64,000 nucleotides of DNA from NCBI GenBank assembly GCA_963733095.1, contig CAVTBV010000012.1, positions 288,001 through 352,000 of the forward strand, in the 5' to 3' direction. Positions 38,735-48,861 of the stretch are shown here, one piece after another. The DNA is from Candidatus Bathyarchaeota archaeon (GTDB taxonomy: Archaea > Thermoproteota > Bathyarchaeia > Bathyarchaeales > Bathycorpusculaceae). How positions within the stretch are numbered: the stretch's first letter is position 1; each line of letters opens with the position of its first letter. Below the pieces are notes generated by a model. The model was given only the letters and a program-made list of their open reading frames with translations, was not told the DNA's origin and ran no database searches. The position numbers were made by a program, and so were the translations under genes.

Positions 38735-40120
38735 ATGAAGCCCCAGGTAACCTTGGTTAATCCTGCTGCGCCAGTTGGTGCTGCAATGCACATGCCCTTT
38801 GCACTCTTGGGCTTAGGCTATTTAGCTGCAATCTTAGAGAAAAACCACTACCAAGTCGACGTAATCGATTGCCAACTTCTAAAGTTCTCTTTGGATGATT
38901 TCAGGAGCGAGATTAGCAAGCGTCAACCAAACATCGTCGGGGTGACATCGTCTACCCTCACCTATCAATCAGCACTTAAACTGGTAAAGATAGCAAAAGA
39001 GATTTGCCCAAACTGCATAACTGTTGCTGGCGGTCCGCATGTTACGTTCTGGGATGACAAAGCACTCGAAGAATGTCCAGAACTAGACATTGTTGTTAGA
39101 AGAGAAGGAGAGAACACGATGCTGGAGCTGGTGCAGAAAATCGAGGCAGAAAAAAGTTACGATGACGTTTTGGGCACTACCGTGAGAAAAGACGGTAAAA
39201 TCGTAAAAAACCCAGATAGACCTTACATCGAGGACTTGGACAGTTTACCCTTTCCAGCACGCCATCTCTGGCCCATGGAGCGTCTTCGAGAATACGAAGA
39301 CATTCTCTATTTGGCGGCAAGCAGAGGCTGTGTGTACTGGTGTGAATTCTGTACAACCGTACGGATGCATGGGCGAAAATACCGTATGCGAAGCCCCCAA
39401 AACGTGGTGGACGAGTTAGAATTTCTGCATAAGACTTATGGAGTGAAAAAATTCACTTTCTGCGACGACGCGTTTACGGTGGACCAGCCTAGAACTGAAG
39501 TACTTTGCAACGAAATTCTGCAACGCGGTTTAAAGATTGAATGGAACTGTGGAACGCGCGTAGACATGATAACCAAAGAGCTACTAGCGAAGATGAAAGA
39601 TGCTGGATGCATCTCCGTTTGGTTTGGTGTTGAGTCGGGCACTCAGCAGGTTTTGGATGCGATGAAAAAAGGAATCTCTCCTGAACTAACGATTAAGGTT
39701 TTGGGGTGGGTTCGAGAGCTTGGTTTGAAGCCTGTTCCAAACGTTATTCTTGGTTTCCCAGGAGAGACAAAGAAGACCGCGTGGAAAACCATCAAATTCG
39801 TTGAAAAAATTGCGCCTGACGATGTGGGCTTCTATAATGTTGCTACCCCCTTTCCAGGCACACCAATGTATGACATGGTTAAGGAGAAGGGATGGCTTAG
39901 AGTAACCGATTTTGACATGTACGACACTACGCACCCGATTTTTGAAACCCCTCAGCTTAGCATGAAAGAGTTGGGTAAGCTCCGGGAAGGGGCATTCCAC
40001 CATTATTATCTGCGTAGGGCATTCTTTTTCAGCAAGAAAAGAAGGTTCAAGGTATCTACTGCCATGATTGTGGCTGCCAACGTCATTGCTGATATTAAGT
40101 TAAAGCTGAGAAGAAAATAG
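38735..40120 (+). CDS. Cobalamin-binding radical SAM protein #2
   Basis: LGLGYLAA, GGPHVTF, EGE, RGCVYWCEFC, DD.FT, GVESG and TPFPGT. Confidence 0.9.
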   Translation: MKPQVTLVNPAAPVGAAMHMPFALLGLGYLAAILEKNHYQVDVIDCQLLKFSLDDFRSEISKRQPNIVGVTSSTLTYQSALKLVKIAKEICPNCITVAGGPHVTFWDDKALEECPELDIVVRREGENTMLELVQKIEAEKSYDDVLGTTVRKDGKIVKNPDRPYIEDLDSLPFPARHLWPMERLREYEDILYLAASRGCVYWCEFCTTVRMHGRKYRMRSPQNVVDELEFLHKTYGVKKFTFCDDAFTVDQPRTEVLCNEILQRGLKIEWNCGTRVDMITKELLAKMKDAGCISVWFGVESGTQQVLDAMKKGISPELTIKVLGWVRELGLKPVPNVILGFPGETKKTAWKTIKFVEKIAPDDVGFYNVATPFPGTPMYDMVKEKGWLRVTDFDMYDTTHPIFETPQLSMKELGKLREGAFHHYYLRRAFFFSKKRRFKVSTAMIVAANVIADIKLKLRRK

Positions 40121-40195
40121 TTTCAGGTATTAAGTGGAGCTAATACTGGTTTTTTTATTTTTTAAAACTTGAAAATCTTGTTTTTAGATATTGAC

Positions 40196-40228
40196 AAAAA
40201 AATAAAGGGGGATTAGATTTTTTCCCTT
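40196..40228 (-). terminator. U-rich terminator
   Basis: CCCCCTTTATTTTTTT on the minus strand with a weak stem, matching the ends of the paralogs. Confidence 0.5.
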
Positions 40229-40238
40229 GGTGGTTGCA

Positions 40239-42959
40239 TCATCGTTTTCGAACCATCATCATTAGGATTGCTCCTATGATGATTATTACGATGATTATGG
40301 CTATTGCTGAAGCCAAGATGTATGTGTCAGTGTTTGTTCCTGGCGGCGCTGCTGTCGGTGCTACTGTTGGATGGGCTTCGGAAACTGCGAAAGAAGTCTC
40401 AGACCATGATGGATAGTAGCCGTTGGTACCGTGGAAAGTTGCTACGACTGTGAAGTCACCTGATATGTCAGGTACCCAGGAGAGGGTGAACATTCCTGAA
40501 GCATCTGTAGTTGCGGTGCCTATGTTTCTTGTGTTACCGTTTGAGTCTGTGACATCTATTGTTACTTGAACACCAGTGAAGTCGGTTGGCATCGGTTGCT
40601 GCTGGTAGACATATTCCATCCATCCTTTCATGCTTGCGTCAGAGGCAACTGGTACTCCGTTGGGGAATTGACCAGCTTGCTGTGTTTGAGTTGTTCCAGC
40701 AGATTTGTCCACGACTGTTCCTCGTATGACTACTGCTGCTCCAGAGTCTGCTGCAGTGTTTGGTGCTGTAACTGTTAGTTGGGTTGGTCCTTTACCGACG
40801 ACGTAGATTTGGTTGTCGTAGCCGTTTAACCATGTGTTGTAGCCGTCTGCCATTGCATAACTCATGGCTGAGAACTCGCCTGTGTATCCTGAAATTGTCC
40901 AGATTTCAGTTCCGTCAGTTGCATTAATTGCGCGTTCTAATGCGCCTTTGTAGATGGGTGTGTTGATTGTGTGTTCGGAAGCGACGAGGTATAGGACTCC
41001 GTTGCCGACTGCGTTTATGAATGTTGGGTAGTCGCCGAAAGGTGTGTTGGGGCCGCTGTTTGTGCTGTTGCCTGCGCCGCCGTTGCCGTATGTCCAGTCT
41101 AGAACGCCGGTTTGTACGTTATAGGCATACATTATTCCTGCGTATCCCATGCTGTAGAGGTGGCCATAGGCGATTTGTCCTTGGATTAGCGGAGTGATTG
41201 GGTTGCCATAGTAGTCTAGCCCTGCTTGGGATGGAGTTGGACCCCAGAGTTTGTCGCCTGTGTATAGGTTGTATCCTACCCACTGCATTGTTTGCTGGTA
41301 GCCTTCAGTGAAGACGCCCGATGTTGCATCAACGGGGCCTAATATGACTGTTAGGTTTCCTGCTGGTGCTTGAACTGTTTTGGTCCACATCAAGGAACCC
41401 ACTGCGCCTCTTGAAGCGTTAAGGTTGAGAGCAAAGTATGTGTAAGGGGCATTGCTGATGACGCTGTTTAATGCGCTAGTTTGAGTGTTGGGTAGAGTTC
41501 CACTCTGGCACAGTATCATGTTGCCAAAGAAAGCTGCGATTTGGGTGAAAGTGCTTGGTATGCCGGTTGGTAATGAGACGCTCCAGTCATAGGTTTGGCT
41601 TGCATTTCCATTGACTGTGTTGAAATAGCTGGTTGTAGATGCAGGACCGAACGGACTTGCAGGAGTTGTTACGTTAAAGTTGGTCGTGGCAGCTTGTGGT
41701 ACACCTCCTCCAACCAGTATGTTCCAATTCCATAGGCCAGATGAGTTCCATTCAGATAATAGCCCGTTTGAAATGACGTATTTGATGGTTTCACCGTTTG
41801 GACCCATTGATATGGGACCACCGCTTGGAATGTTAGTTACGTTGAATAGGTAAGTTCCTGTGTATGCGTCGTATGCTTGAGCAAAGTTGCTTGTGAACAA
41901 AATTGGCTGCATAACTCCTTTTTGGTTAGGTTGCTGACTATCATAGATGTAACCGAACGATAGCGCTCCAGCGGGTATAGCGTTGTTTTGCCAAAGTACA
42001 TTTCCAGTTTGTAGATCAACTGCGTAAGTCGGACCACCCTGTCCACTTGAATAGCCTAGTGGTGCCTGGTAGTAGAGTATTCCATCCATTATTATCGGGT
42101 TGTCGTATCGTTGAACGTACGCAGAACCCTCGAAGTAACTGTCTCCTTGAATAGCAAAGTTGTTACCTCCGACGATTCCACCCTGTTGAATCGGCTTAGT
42201 CCACATAATGTGCTGAGTCAGAGAACCAATGGCATCGCCTGGATTTCTGTTGAGTGCTCCACCGCTAAATATACTGTTTGCTCCAAAGGCACCGATGGCT
42301 CCAGATCCGGCTGAAGGTTGAACAGGCGAACCTGAACCTAGCCAGTTCGAGGAAACGGTGAACCAGTTAGAGTTGTAACCGTATATGGGGCGTGTCCAAT
42401 ATTCTGTGGGGAGCGGTGTAGTTGGATAGTAAGGTACTGAGTTTTGCTGTACTGTGAGTGTTGTTTGTGCACTGCTAGGAAGATAGGTGTCGTTAACGTA
42501 TTGTTCAGGTGTCGGTGGACCAAACAAGCCCGGTACAACAGTATCATGGCTGTATTCGTTGAATGCTTGTCCGGGGAATGTAAAGTTGAGAGTGTATTCA
42601 CCGATTTGGTCTGGAGTGAAGGAATAGGTTTGTGCTGATGTGGGGTCATTTACAATGGCAAAGTTTTGGTGTGTAACTGTTCCGTCGGGCGCGGTAATGG
42701 TGAGTTGGTAGTTGTGGAATCGGTAATCGTTTCCTAAACCAGCTGCGGGGGAAAATAGGTTGGTCAACCACATGATAACTAGCACTTGTTGACCTTGACC
42801 GGTTGGGTCAGGTGCCACGTTTATGTAAGCGTATGTTGGAAGGTCTGCAGGAGGATCATGTGCACTTGCTGTTGGTAACAGCATTAATGATGGTACCATT
42901 GCGATTGTCATAAGGATAGCAATCAAAATAGCTGCGGTTTTATTTTTTACAAAATCCAT
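40239..42959 (-). CDS. Large secreted, C-terminally anchored beta-propeller surface protein, paralog C
   Basis: Signal peptide and shared blocks PTYAYI..APDP, PLPT.YWTRPI, HIMWTKP, FPNGVP and WMEYVYQQ; TM helix and RKR tail. Confidence 0.87.
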   Translation of the reverse strand: MDFVKNKTAAILIAILMTIAMVPSLMLLPTASAHDPPADLPTYAYINVAPDPTGQGQQVLVIMWLTNLFSPAAGLGNDYRFHNYQLTITAPDGTVTHQNFAIVNDPTSAQTYSFTPDQIGEYTLNFTFPGQAFNEYSHDTVVPGLFGPPTPEQYVNDTYLPSSAQTTLTVQQNSVPYYPTTPLPTEYWTRPIYGYNSNWFTVSSNWLGSGSPVQPSAGSGAIGAFGANSIFSGGALNRNPGDAIGSLTQHIMWTKPIQQGGIVGGNNFAIQGDSYFEGSAYVQRYDNPIIMDGILYYQAPLGYSSGQGGPTYAVDLQTGNVLWQNNAIPAGALSFGYIYDSQQPNQKGVMQPILFTSNFAQAYDAYTGTYLFNVTNIPSGGPISMGPNGETIKYVISNGLLSEWNSSGLWNWNILVGGGVPQAATTNFNVTTPASPFGPASTTSYFNTVNGNASQTYDWSVSLPTGIPSTFTQIAAFFGNMILCQSGTLPNTQTSALNSVISNAPYTYFALNLNASRGAVGSLMWTKTVQAPAGNLTVILGPVDATSGVFTEGYQQTMQWVGYNLYTGDKLWGPTPSQAGLDYYGNPITPLIQGQIAYGHLYSMGYAGIMYAYNVQTGVLDWTYGNGGAGNSTNSGPNTPFGDYPTFINAVGNGVLYLVASEHTINTPIYKGALERAINATDGTEIWTISGYTGEFSAMSYAMADGYNTWLNGYDNQIYVVGKGPTQLTVTAPNTAADSGAAVVIRGTVVDKSAGTTQTQQAGQFPNGVPVASDASMKGWMEYVYQQQPMPTDFTGVQVTIDVTDSNGNTRNIGTATTDASGMFTLSWVPDISGDFTVVATFHGTNGYYPSWSETSFAVSEAHPTVAPTAAPPGTNTDTYILASAIAIIIVIIIIGAILMMMVRKR

Positions 42960-43163
42960 TTTTTTATTCTCCTTAAAATTTATACAGAAAATCTGTTACT
43001 ATTTACGTTAGTAATCGAAGTATTTTAACATTTTTCTTTTTTGCAGCTATAAAATACAATATTTGCAATTATTCAAAGACTTACGTATAAAACCTTTCTA
43101 AGAAAGCTTTATTACCAAAATTTAAATTGATGCCTCACCATATATTCAATATTAAAGGGTTCC

Positions 43164-44213
43164 ATGTTGGCTTCAGCAAAAATCGACGAAATCGATGCAA
43201 AAATACTAAAAATGTTGCTAATTGAGTCCCGCACTAGTTACACCGACATTGCCAATGAATGCAAAATCACAGTTGGAGCCGTTCGAATGCGCTACAAACG
43301 TCTTTGGAAAGAGGGCATAATCAACGGCGAAGTCACGCTTGTTAACCCGCACTGTCTTGGTTATCGGCATATCATTGATTTAGGCATCGTAACAAATAAC
43401 GGATGTGAAAAAGACATCGCGGAATACTTAGAGAGCAAACCCTACGTCTCTGAAGTTATTGCTCATTTTGGCAAATATAATTTTTATGGAAAAGTTGCTC
43501 TACGTGACTTAAACAAGCTCTCAGAGATAATTGAAGATTTAGAGTCAAACCATAAAATCAAACGGGTAGATCCACTAATCTGGTGTGAGGCAGTCAACAT
43601 TGAGTACCCCCAAAACTTAGTTATAAAACCCTTAGAACACTGTCAAATCCACGGAAAAAAAAGACCAGAATTAACGAATATGGACCAGAATCCCATAGAA
43701 ATCGATGAAACAGATAGAAAGATAGCCATGATTCTTTCAAGAAAATCTCGCACACCCTTTAGCCAGATTGCCAGTCAATTGGATATTTCCACAAAAACTG
43801 TGATTCAAAGATACAGAAAACTCCGTGAGAATTTGTTAACGCTTTCAACCATAACTCTTGACTTAAACAAGATCGGATATGGGGCGTTGGCAAATCTCTA
43901 CGTGAAGGTCTCTAATAGAAGCAAACTGACAGAAATTTACCACCAACTGCTTCATATACCCAACGTCATTGTCATTATTAGACTCATTGGTCAATACGAC
44001 TTGTATATTGGTGTTGTTCTTGAAGACTTCGATCATTTGTTCCAAGTGACGAAGCTAATAAGCGGGATTGAAGGTTTAGAAACACCTGACATCTACATAA
44101 CCCCAATGGCGCCGTCGTGGCCACTAAACTTGTTCCCTTCCCTGCTTGAGAATGGAGAAATGCCAAAATACTGGACCAACGAATCCGCTGAGAAGCAAAA
44201 TAAAATTGATTAA
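43164..44213 (+). CDS. Tandem-domain Lrp/AsnC family transcriptional regulator
   Basis: Two HTH-AsnC modules (IDEIDAKIL...SRTSYTDIA and IDETDRKIA...SRTPFSQIA), each followed by a RAM-like domain. Confidence 0.88.
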   Translation: MLASAKIDEIDAKILKMLLIESRTSYTDIANECKITVGAVRMRYKRLWKEGIINGEVTLVNPHCLGYRHIIDLGIVTNNGCEKDIAEYLESKPYVSEVIAHFGKYNFYGKVALRDLNKLSEIIEDLESNHKIKRVDPLIWCEAVNIEYPQNLVIKPLEHCQIHGKKRPELTNMDQNPIEIDETDRKIAMILSRKSRTPFSQIASQLDISTKTVIQRYRKLRENLLTLSTITLDLNKIGYGALANLYVKVSNRSKLTEIYHQLLHIPNVIVIIRLIGQYDLYIGVVLEDFDHLFQVTKLISGIEGLETPDIYITPMAPSWPLNLFPSLLENGEMPKYWTNESAEKQNKID

Positions 44214-44230
44214 AAATTTTACAGTGCCTC

Positions 44231-44686
44231 TTAATGTCTTGGTTTTTTTCTAAAGCGCAGAGCTTGAGCTAGAAAAATCGCTGCAGAAACGACCGTTACC
44301 ACCGTTAGCAGCCAGAACGACTCCTCAATTGGGGAGCCTAAGAGCAGATGAGGAATCAAAACGGCGATTTCAGCAACCAACACACCCAAGAAAATAAACC
44401 CGAAAACGGCGAAGCTTGGGATAAGAGTTCTTCCAACCCACACATACCCTCTCATACCGACCTTTTCTTTAACAAAATAGTTGCCGTAGTCATCTTTGGC
44501 TATAAGACCCAAATCAATCAGTCTCTGAAGGTTGCGGTAGGCGACACTTGGGCTGCTGAGTTTGACTCCACGCATCAAATCGCGGGGTCCAACGGGCTTT
44601 CCAACCTTGACGAGAAACACATAACTGTCGAACAACGTTGAATTTAATTCTTCGTTAGCCACCAAGCCAGCATCAACCCTAACCAA
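44231..44686 (-). CDS. Winged-helix protein with two C-terminal TM helices
   Basis: PVGPRDLMRG..LSSPSVAYRNLQRL..LGL..KD.YG.Y helix-turn-helix followed by two hydrophobic helices. Confidence 0.72.
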   Translation of the reverse strand: MVRVDAGLVANEELNSTLFDSYVFLVKVGKPVGPRDLMRGVKLSSPSVAYRNLQRLIDLGLIAKDDYGNYFVKEKVGMRGYVWVGRTLIPSFAVFGFIFLGVLVAEIAVLIPHLLLGSPIEESFWLLTVVTVVSAAIFLAQALRFRKKPRH

Positions 44687-44753
44687 ATAGAAGAACCCAT
44701 CTTAAAAACCAAGCCTTCTTAAGTCCAATTTCTTCTTTATTGTTTTTTAAACT

Positions 44754-44786
44754 AAAAAAGGGGAAAGATGTTTTTTGTTTGTTTTT
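44754..44786 (-). terminator. U-rich terminator
   Basis: TTTCCCCTTTTTT on the minus strand just after the paralog D stop. Confidence 0.45.
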
Positions 44787-47501
44787 TTATGGGTGTTTCC
44801 TTAAGATTAACACCGTAGCTACTGCTATTGCAACGACTATTGCGATAGTAGCAGCTGCTGTGTACATCATCAGGTCTGTGGTTGTTGCTGTATTTGATAT
44901 AGGTGGTGCCGTTGGTGCTGTTGTTGCCGATGGCTCACTGGCATAGAAGTATGTCTGAGCGCTAGATCCGTAGTATGATTGGGTGCCTGCAAAATTGGCT
45001 AATACAGTGTAGTCGCCTGAGATGTCTGGTGTCCAAGTGAAAGCGTATGTGCCGCTTGTATCGGTTGTAGTGGTGCCGATTTGCCTAGTGTTGCCGTTGG
45101 AGTCAGTTACACTTATGGTGACGGGTACTCCTGTCGCGTTGGTTGGCTTTGGCTGCTGCATGTAAACGTATTCCATCCATGCGCTTTGGCTGACGTCAGA
45201 AACTGCTGGCAGTCCGTTGGGGAAGTTTGCTGCGACTGCTTCTTGTTTTGAGCCTCCGGAGATGTCGGTGACGGTGCCTGTTATGGTTACTGGTGTTTGG
45301 GTTGTTACGTAACTTTGAGTTACAGAAACAGTTGTTGCGCTTGGTCCCATGCCGTAGGCGTATATCTGGTTGTCGTATGCGTTTATAACTGTCATGACGC
45401 CATAAGCGATTGCAGGTATGCTGTTAACGTCAAAGGCGTTTATGCTCCAGACAAGCTCGCCAGTCGTGCAGTTAATTGCCAGTTGCTGCGCGCCAAGGAA
45501 TAATGGGGGACTGTATTCGTGTCCTTCTTCTAGGAATAGGACTCCGTCAGCGACTCCCCCGATTGAGAAGGTCCATATTGGCCATATTCCGTAGGGACTG
45601 TTGGTGCCGCTGGGACCTTGGAGGGTGGTTGTGTTGGTGTACCAGTTTATGTTTCCTGTTAGCATGTTGATTGACCATATGTCTCCGCCAAAGCCAGCAA
45701 GATACAATGTTCCATTAGCAAGTGTACTCATGTAACCGCCTATGCTATCATAAGGATCAACAGGTGAAAGCACATCCTTCCAAAGTAAGTCGCCTGTTTG
45801 CACATTGTAACCGTAGAGTGTAGAATCCTCGTATGACATTTCACCGTAGACTCCATATCCGTCGCATTCACCAACCACTCTTGAATAGGGTGCGTAGGTA
45901 CGATTCTCTATCCATAATTGTTGTCCAGTGTCTGCGCTGTAGCCAGCTTCAATTTGCCATCCGGGCTGGAACAGACCGCCTGAAGAACCCCCAGAAGTCA
46001 TCACTACCACTCCACTGTTGATATCTTGCGCTGTAGTTATTGGACCTGCTGCGCCAATTGAGAAACCTGAAGGCAAAGGGTTGCCTGAGTAGTTTGTAGC
46101 CAAGGGTGCTCTCCACGTAATTCCATTAGAAAACGGTATCACGCCTAGTTGTGGAGGTCTCCATTGCCATCCCGAGGCGGTCGATCCCCAAGCGCTTGAC
46201 ATTATGCATGTCGTTGAATTCCACATGTTTAGTGTCGGACCCGTACTAACATCTACAACGGGTGAGGGCCCGATGTTGTTGTTTAGGTAGCCCACGATTT
46301 GTTGTTTTCCAGCTGTTTGGTTGATATAGTAACCAATTAAGTTTCCACTCTGGTCAGTCATCAATGCTTGTGATGTGCCGTTGACGATGCTTAGAATGTA
46401 GGTTCCGGTTTCAGCGTCAAACATGTTTAATGTGGTTCCAGTCGAGACGATTCCTGCAGGGGTTCCGGTGGTCCATATGTATGCGAGGCCACCGTACTGG
46501 TTTGGCGATACATAGTCGAGTATTTGTCCGCAAAGGATTGTTGTAGATAAGCCAGTTGAGGTTAGGGCAGTTTGCATTGGTGAGCCGCCGCCGTAGTTCG
46601 CGCTGTTATCAGTCCATACTGTTTGTCCCGTGTATAGGTCTACACAAATTAAGCCTGCAGGGGTAGTTGAACTTCCGGGGTAGACATTATAGTAGAGATA
46701 GCCGTTGATTATGACTGGCGCAAATTTTTTCTCGTATTGTGCAGTTGAGTAATAATTGCCGTAGGTTGTTGTTCCGCCAAAGTCTCCGCCTAGTACTCCT
46801 CCGAATGCTTCAGGTTTTGTCCACAGAATGTGAGCTGACTTTGGTGCTGTGGTGTAAGGATTAAAGTTTGAAGTGGTGTTGTACTTGCCAGCGCCGCCAA
46901 GGTTTAGAGATGCCCCACCTATCGCGTACCAATTGTGAACATTCATGGCGTTTATAGGAGTTTGCCAGTAACTTGTCGGAAGCGGAGCTACTGAAACTCC
47001 TCCCACGGGTTCCTGCTGCACTGTAAGCGTTGCTGGACTGCTAGTGCTGGGTTCATAGTAATCGCCTATGAATGGGCTGGTTTGTCCTCTAGCTAGATTG
47101 TCACCTGCTAATGTTTGTCCTCCAAAGATTGTAGTAAAAGTGTAGGTTCCGAGTTGTGTGGGCGTGTAGGGGGTGTATGTTCCGCCGGTGTCGTCGCTTG
47201 TGAAGGGTCCCATTGTTTTGGTGGTTTGGTCTGGCAGTATGATTTTCAGGGTTATATTTTGCCATCTATCTCCGTACGGACCGTTGGCTGTTGGTGGTGG
47301 TTGTCCGAGCCACATGCCGATGTTGACTGTTTGGCCTATTCCGACTGGGTTTGTTCCTACGTTGCAGAAAGCATAGGTAGGTATGTTGTATTGTGGATTG
47401 TGTGCGTTTGCGTTTGGTATTAGTGTTGTTGAAGCTCCAATGGAAATTGTTAAAATCGCCGCAATCAAAATAGCTATTAATTTATTTTTTGGCTTCTGCA
47501 T
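44787..47501 (-). CDS. Large secreted, C-terminally anchored beta-propeller surface protein, paralog D
   Basis: Signal peptide and the same conserved blocks; TM helix and RKHP tail; SD AGGAG. Confidence 0.87.
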   Translation of the reverse strand: MQKPKNKLIAILIAAILTISIGASTTLIPNANAHNPQYNIPTYAFCNVGTNPVGIGQTVNIGMWLGQPPPTANGPYGDRWQNITLKIILPDQTTKTMGPFTSDDTGGTYTPYTPTQLGTYTFTTIFGGQTLAGDNLARGQTSPFIGDYYEPSTSSPATLTVQQEPVGGVSVAPLPTSYWQTPINAMNVHNWYAIGGASLNLGGAGKYNTTSNFNPYTTAPKSAHILWTKPEAFGGVLGGDFGGTTTYGNYYSTAQYEKKFAPVIINGYLYYNVYPGSSTTPAGLICVDLYTGQTVWTDNSANYGGGSPMQTALTSTGLSTTILCGQILDYVSPNQYGGLAYIWTTGTPAGIVSTGTTLNMFDAETGTYILSIVNGTSQALMTDQSGNLIGYYINQTAGKQQIVGYLNNNIGPSPVVDVSTGPTLNMWNSTTCIMSSAWGSTASGWQWRPPQLGVIPFSNGITWRAPLATNYSGNPLPSGFSIGAAGPITTAQDINSGVVVMTSGGSSGGLFQPGWQIEAGYSADTGQQLWIENRTYAPYSRVVGECDGYGVYGEMSYEDSTLYGYNVQTGDLLWKDVLSPVDPYDSIGGYMSTLANGTLYLAGFGGDIWSINMLTGNINWYTNTTTLQGPSGTNSPYGIWPIWTFSIGGVADGVLFLEEGHEYSPPLFLGAQQLAINCTTGELVWSINAFDVNSIPAIAYGVMTVINAYDNQIYAYGMGPSATTVSVTQSYVTTQTPVTITGTVTDISGGSKQEAVAANFPNGLPAVSDVSQSAWMEYVYMQQPKPTNATGVPVTISVTDSNGNTRQIGTTTTDTSGTYAFTWTPDISGDYTVLANFAGTQSYYGSSAQTYFYASEPSATTAPTAPPISNTATTTDLMMYTAAATIAIVVAIAVATVLILRKHP

Positions 47502-47581
47502 TTCTATTTCTCCTAAATTTTAATGGGACAAGAACTTGTTTTGATAAAAATGTCCTCGCTCCATGGTTCGACTATTCATAT

Positions 47582-47615
47582 GGGGTGACTTTATAAAATT
47601 ATGGGAAGTCCCCCC
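47582..47615. promoter_or_regulatory. TATA box flanked by a 10-bp inverted repeat
   Basis: GGGGTGACTT-TATAAAATTATGGG-AAGTCCCCCC, with 9/10 arm match. Confidence 0.45.
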
Positions 47616-47804
47616 TGACGACAAAACCCTTGACAAAACTAACAGATTAACTTGAACAAAGTAACACAAACACAAGAAAAGAGCTTACAATGAAGCGCTA
47701 ACTAAAAGAGCGCAGTTTCTATAAAAAGACAAGTCAATTCAATTGACCGTAATCGATATTAACTGTTTACAGGAAGTATCTCAAAAAGCAACGTTTGGGT
47801 AACC

Positions 47805-48809
47805 TTGGAGCTAAACCTCGTAAACGCGCTAGTCTCAATCGTTATTCTAGTGTTGGCTATACTGTTAGATTTGGTTTTGGGGGACCCATCCCCTAACAAC
47901 CCTGAAAGGTGGGTTTTCAAGCTGCACCCGACCGTGTTGATGGGCAATTTTACTAGAAAAATTGAGCCCGCCTTTAAGAACCCGGATGCTAAAATGGAAA
48001 AGTTTCTCGGTGTCCTTTTGGGTTTAGCGGTTATTGCCGCGTTTAGTCTTCCGGTTTTCTTTGGTTTGTGGGCAATCTACACGTACGTACCGTTCTACAT
48101 CAACATAGTCGTATACGGTTTCATCGCCGTAATCCTAGTTAAAATGACCATATGCATAAAACTGGAGACCGCCTGGGCCAAAGCCGCGGCCAAAGCCATT
48201 GATGAAAGCAACTTGCCCGAAGCAAAAAAATACAGCCACTTCTCAAGACGCGAATCCAAAGACCTCAACGGCTCCCAGATGGGCAGCGCAGTCATCGAAT
48301 CCATGTCAGAGAACCTCATCGACTTCAAACTCTCGCCCATGATGTCTTTTGCTCTCTTTGGGGTCACCGGAGCCATGGCTTTTCGAGCTATAAACACCCT
48401 CGACGGCATGGTGGGCTTCAAAACAAAGGAACACATAAACACGGGCTGGTTTAGCGCCAACCTCGACAATTTTGTGAACTACATTCCCACAAGGCTTACG
48501 GCGCTGCTTATGATTGTGGCAGCGGCTATTTTGCGCATGGATGCGGGGAACGCTTGGAGAATGGCGCGTCGAGACCACAAAAAAACGCCCAGTCGCAACC
48601 ATGGTTGGCCGATGGCGGCAGTGGCAGGTGCTCTTCGAATTCAACTGGAAAAGCCTGGGCAGTATATTCTTGGCGATTCACAGGAGCCAGTGACGGGAGA
48701 CAAGATTCTGGGTGCCCTAAAGATTCGGGATGTCACGATTGTTCTTTGGGGACTTATCTGCGTCGGAGTCATCATTTTGGTGCGGTTGTTCTGGTTTATG
48801 CCCATTTAG
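47805..48809 (+). CDS. cbiB: Adenosylcobinamide-phosphate synthase CbiB
   Basis: LD..LGDP, HP.V..G, A.IES.SEN..D, INTLDGMVG, LD..N.IP.RL, S.N.GWPMAA.AGAL and LEKPG.Y. Confidence 0.92.
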   Translation: MELNLVNALVSIVILVLAILLDLVLGDPSPNNPERWVFKLHPTVLMGNFTRKIEPAFKNPDAKMEKFLGVLLGLAVIAAFSLPVFFGLWAIYTYVPFYINIVVYGFIAVILVKMTICIKLETAWAKAAAKAIDESNLPEAKKYSHFSRRESKDLNGSQMGSAVIESMSENLIDFKLSPMMSFALFGVTGAMAFRAINTLDGMVGFKTKEHINTGWFSANLDNFVNYIPTRLTALLMIVAAAILRMDAGNAWRMARRDHKKTPSRNHGWPMAAVAGALRIQLEKPGQYILGDSQEPVTGDKILGALKIRDVTIVLWGLICVGVIILVRLFWFMPI

Positions 48810-48861
48810 TGCAAAGTTTTAATCACACAGATGCGGATTCACAGTTAGAAGTGCCTGCGCA

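Noticed and set aside
32398-47501. True PQQ-dependent dehydrogenases, or a diversity-generating retroelement target set
   Set aside because: Only generic propeller repeats are seen. There is no pqq operon, reverse transcriptase or template/variable repeat pair in the window.
47502-47804. Cobalamin riboswitch upstream of cbiB
   Set aside because: No B12-box or other conserved riboswitch core is visible.
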